A DNA stretch of 61,394 bases, filler included. It is 6 parts of 6 records of this genome, joined end to end, with 100 filler letters (N's around TTAATTAATTAA, not from the genome) between each part and the next. Parts side by side here need not be neighbours in the genome. Positions count along the whole stretch, not along the records: positions 53,528 to 61,394 come from SRR20825006_1219; 5 more parts are not named here. One strand, 5' to 3'. Under the pieces are notes generated by a model. That model saw nothing but the letters and a program-made list of their open reading frames with translations. It had not been told where the DNA came from and ran no database searches. The position numbers were made by a program, and so were the translations under genes. Positions 59,023 through 61,394 of this stretch are shown one piece after another; position 1 is the stretch's first letter, and every line of letters begins with the position of its first letter.

Positions 59023-59676
59023 ATGGGCCTTCGCATCAATGACATTGTTCCCAATCTGACCGTGACCACCGACCAAGGTGAGATCACTTTGCACGACTGG
59101 ATCGGCGACAGCTGGGCGGTGATTTTCTCCCACCCGAAAGATTTTACCCCCGTCTGCACCACCGAATTTGGCGCTGTGGCACAGCTTGCCGACGAATGGG
59201 CGGCGCGCAACACCAAGGTGCTTGGCGTGTCTGTGGATGGCGTTGAAGAGCACAAGGGCTGGAAAGCCGACATCGAATCCTTTGCGAGCGCCAAAGCGGG
59301 TTTCCCGATTGTGGCGGACACCGACCTGGCCCTGTCCAAAGCCTTCAACATGCTCCCGGCTGAGGCCTATCTTCCGGATGGCCGTACCCCCGCAGACACC
59401 GCCACTGTGCGTTCCGTCTTTATCATTTCGCCGGATAAGAAAGTTCAGTTGATGATGACCTATCCGATGTCCGTGGGCCGGAACTTTGCCGAAATCCTGC
59501 GCGCTTTGGACGGTCTTCAAAAGACGTTTGGCGTGCCTTTGGCGACCCCTGCGAACTGGACCATCGGCCAAGACGTGATTGTCGCGACCTCTTTGGATGA
59601 CGCGGCTGCGACCGAAAAATACGGCACGCTGGACAAAAAACTGCCCTACTTGCGGTTTGCCAAAGACCCAAAGTAA
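59023..59676 (+). CDS. 1-Cys peroxiredoxin (Prx6)
   Basis: FSHPKDFTPVCTTE, GRNF and TPANW. Confidence 0.92.
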   Translation: MGLRINDIVPNLTVTTDQGEITLHDWIGDSWAVIFSHPKDFTPVCTTEFGAVAQLADEWAARNTKVLGVSVDGVEEHKGWKADIESFASAKAGFPIVADTDLALSKAFNMLPAEAYLPDGRTPADTATVRSVFIISPDKKVQLMMTYPMSVGRNFAEILRALDGLQKTFGVPLATPANWTIGQDVIVATSLDDAAATEKYGTLDKKLPYLRFAKDPK

Positions 59677-59753
59677 GGGTCTAACACAGCTTAAATTCGC
59701 CCCTGTTCGCCTGTGCCATTCTTTCTTATGGTGCTCGCGAATAGGGGTTTTTT

Positions 59754-60650
59754 ATGCTGTCATTTCTGCGCCGGACCAAATCCATCTCCCGCATCGCGCT
59801 TGATCCGCCGGTGCCTTTGCCGGATCGCTCAGGTCTCGCCCTTGTCGTGATCGTCAAAAACGAAGCGGCCCATATCGGCGAATGGGCGCGGTTTCACCTG
59901 CGCGCCGGGGTGTCGCATGTCTATGTCTATGACAATGGCTCGACGGACACGACATTGGTCGAAATGGTCGCTGCCATCGGGGTGCAGCATGTCACCGTGA
60001 TCCCATGGGATCAAAAGCTGCGTGATGGCATCACAGGTGCGGAAATCCACAACCAAGTGCTGGCCTACGCCCATGCGGTGCGCAATTTTGGTGCGGCCTA
60101 TCGGTGGATGTCCTTCATCGACGTGGATGAATTCCTCGTTCCAAAATCCGGCGATACTTTGCCCGATTGCCTTGCGCATCTGGAGGGAGAAACCAACATC
60201 TCGCTGCCATGGCATATGTTCGGTCGCAACGGCTTTGAGGCCGCGCCTAAGGGCGGGATAATCGCCAATTACACCCGCCGTCACCCGGACCCGATGAGCC
60301 CGTTGAAAGGCATGTGCAATTTCAAAATGATCGTCGATCCTTGCCATGTGACTGCGATCAAAGTGCATTCGGTCGAGACGGACGGATCAACCGCAAGCGT
60401 CAACGACACAGGCATGCGCGCCGCCGCCGGGGATCGTAAAAAACCGAGTTTCTATTCCGCCGATCACATCCAACTGAACCACTATTACACCCGCTCCAAT
60501 GCCGAACTTCAGGCTAAAATCAATCGCGGCTCCAACATGACCCAAGACGAGGCCGACCATAAACGCCGCGTCATGCGCAAGGTCGATCAGATCGAGGCGG
60601 AGAGTGTCGAGGATCTGGCGGCGAAGCGGTGGTTTGGCGCGCGCCCCTAG
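59754..60650 (+). CDS. GT-A fold glycosyltransferase (GT92/GT2-like)
   Basis: IVKNEA..I.EW..FH, YDNGSTD, FIDVDEF and QLNHYYTRS. Confidence 0.8.
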   Translation: MLSFLRRTKSISRIALDPPVPLPDRSGLALVVIVKNEAAHIGEWARFHLRAGVSHVYVYDNGSTDTTLVEMVAAIGVQHVTVIPWDQKLRDGITGAEIHNQVLAYAHAVRNFGAAYRWMSFIDVDEFLVPKSGDTLPDCLAHLEGETNISLPWHMFGRNGFEAAPKGGIIANYTRRHPDPMSPLKGMCNFKMIVDPCHVTAIKVHSVETDGSTASVNDTGMRAAAGDRKKPSFYSADHIQLNHYYTRSNAELQAKINRGSNMTQDEADHKRRVMRKVDQIEAESVEDLAAKRWFGARP

Positions 60651-60676
60651 CTTTATTGCAGCGTAAATACTCAAAC

Positions 60677-60704
60677 AAAAAGCCCCGCCAAAAGCGGGGC
60701 TTCT
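60677..60704. terminator. bidirectional intrinsic terminator
   Basis: AAAAAGCCCCGC-CAAAA-GCGGGGCTTCT between the convergent GT and pnp genes. Confidence 0.75.
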
Positions 60705-60727
60705 CTTATGTCTAACCAAAGAGCTGA

Positions 60728-61394
60728 TTACTCAGCGACTTCCTCGGTCACGCCTTCTTCGCCAGTCGTTTGATCGACCATTTTCATGCCGAGGCGCACT
60801 TTGCCGCGGTCATCAAAGCCCAGAAGTTTCACGTAAACGTCCTGACCTTCTTTGAGAACGTCGGACGGGTGATTCAGGCGGCGGTTTTCGATCTGGGAGA
60901 CGTGCACAAGGCCGTCACGCTTGCCAAAGAAGTTCACGAACGCGCCGAAATCGACGAGTTTCACAACCTTGCCTTTGTAGACCTTGCCTTCTTCCGGCTC
61001 TGCGACGATCGAATAGATCATGTCGTAGGCTTTCTGGATGGCTTCACCGTTGGCGGAGGCGATTTTGATGATGCCGTCGTCGTTGATGTCGACTTTTGCG
61101 CCGGACATTTCAACGATTTCGCGGATCACTTTACCGCCGGAGCCGATCACTTCGCGGATTTTATCAACCGGGATCTGCATGGTTTCGATGCGCGGAGCGT
61201 GGGCGGAGAATGCGCCAGCGCCGGACAGCGATTTGTTCATCTCGCCGAGGATGTGCAAACGACCTGCTTTCGCCTGAGCGAGCGCTTGTTTCATGATCTC
61301 AGGCGTGATGCCCGCGACCTTGATGTCCATTTGCAAGGAGGTGATGCCGGCTTCGGTGCCAGCGACTTTAAAGTCCATGTCACCCAAGTGATCT
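60728..61394 (-). CDS. pnp: polyribonucleotide nucleotidyltransferase, C-terminal part
   Basis: [14 protein letters not shown] domain IGSGGKVI and S1 domain FGAFVNF..DGLVHVS. Confidence 0.96.
   Translation of the reverse strand, partial: DHLGDMDFKVAGTEAGITSLQMDIKVAGITPEIMKQALAQAKAGRLHILGEMNKSLSGAGAFSAHAPRIETMQIPVDKIREVIGSGGKVIREIVEMSGAKVDINDDGIIKIASANGEAIQKAYDMIYSIVAEPEEGKVYKGKVVKLVDFGAFVNFFGKRDGLVHVSQIENRRLNHPSDVLKEGQDVYVKLLGFDDRGKVRLGMKMVDQTTGEEGVTEEVAE

Noticed and set aside
1-61394. CRISPR arrays, tRNA/rRNA genes, prophage or integrase genes
   Set aside because: None recognised on manual reading. tRNAscan, Infernal and CRISPR finders were not run.

Overview
This window is not one locus. 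It is six unrelated alphaproteobacterial-looking contigs joined by artificial 100-bp spacers (N44-TTAATTAATTAA-N44), so neighbourhoods must not be read across the gaps. (1) 1-17482: two sugar ABC systems, a ROK/M20-deacylase/YhfX-type PLP-enzyme operon, a gamma-glutamyl polyamine (puu-like) cluster and three tandem siderophore-binding proteins. (2) 17583-28849: TRAP dctQM, an RpiR/HexR regulator with three operator-like sites, kdgK, tamAB and a GNAT-RimK-type ATP-grasp fusion. (3) 28950-37079: a putative defence island with IS remnants, encoding C5 DNA methyltransferase, GHKL/MORC ATPase, Z1 SF2-helicase-like protein, DUF4420-type PD-(D/E)XK protein and a truncated restriction endonuclease. 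(4) 37180-43318: LysR/YeiH, a cuckoo-type sRNA candidate, DUF779, a sigma-54-driven aldehyde dehydrogenase and its AcoR-like activator. (5) 43419-53427: a catabolic cluster with Baeyer-Villiger monooxygenase, TRAP transporter, thioesterase, esterase, an atypical amidohydrolase/DUF59 pair and dehydrogenases. (6) 53528-61394: Rhodobacteraceae-type core genes from ftsK to pnp. Best candidates for undescribed biology are the MTase-MORC-Z1-DUF4420-REase operon, the amidohydrolase/DUF59 pair, the cuckoo sRNA and the YhfX/M20 operon. All family assignments come from recognising motifs by eye; no database searches were run.
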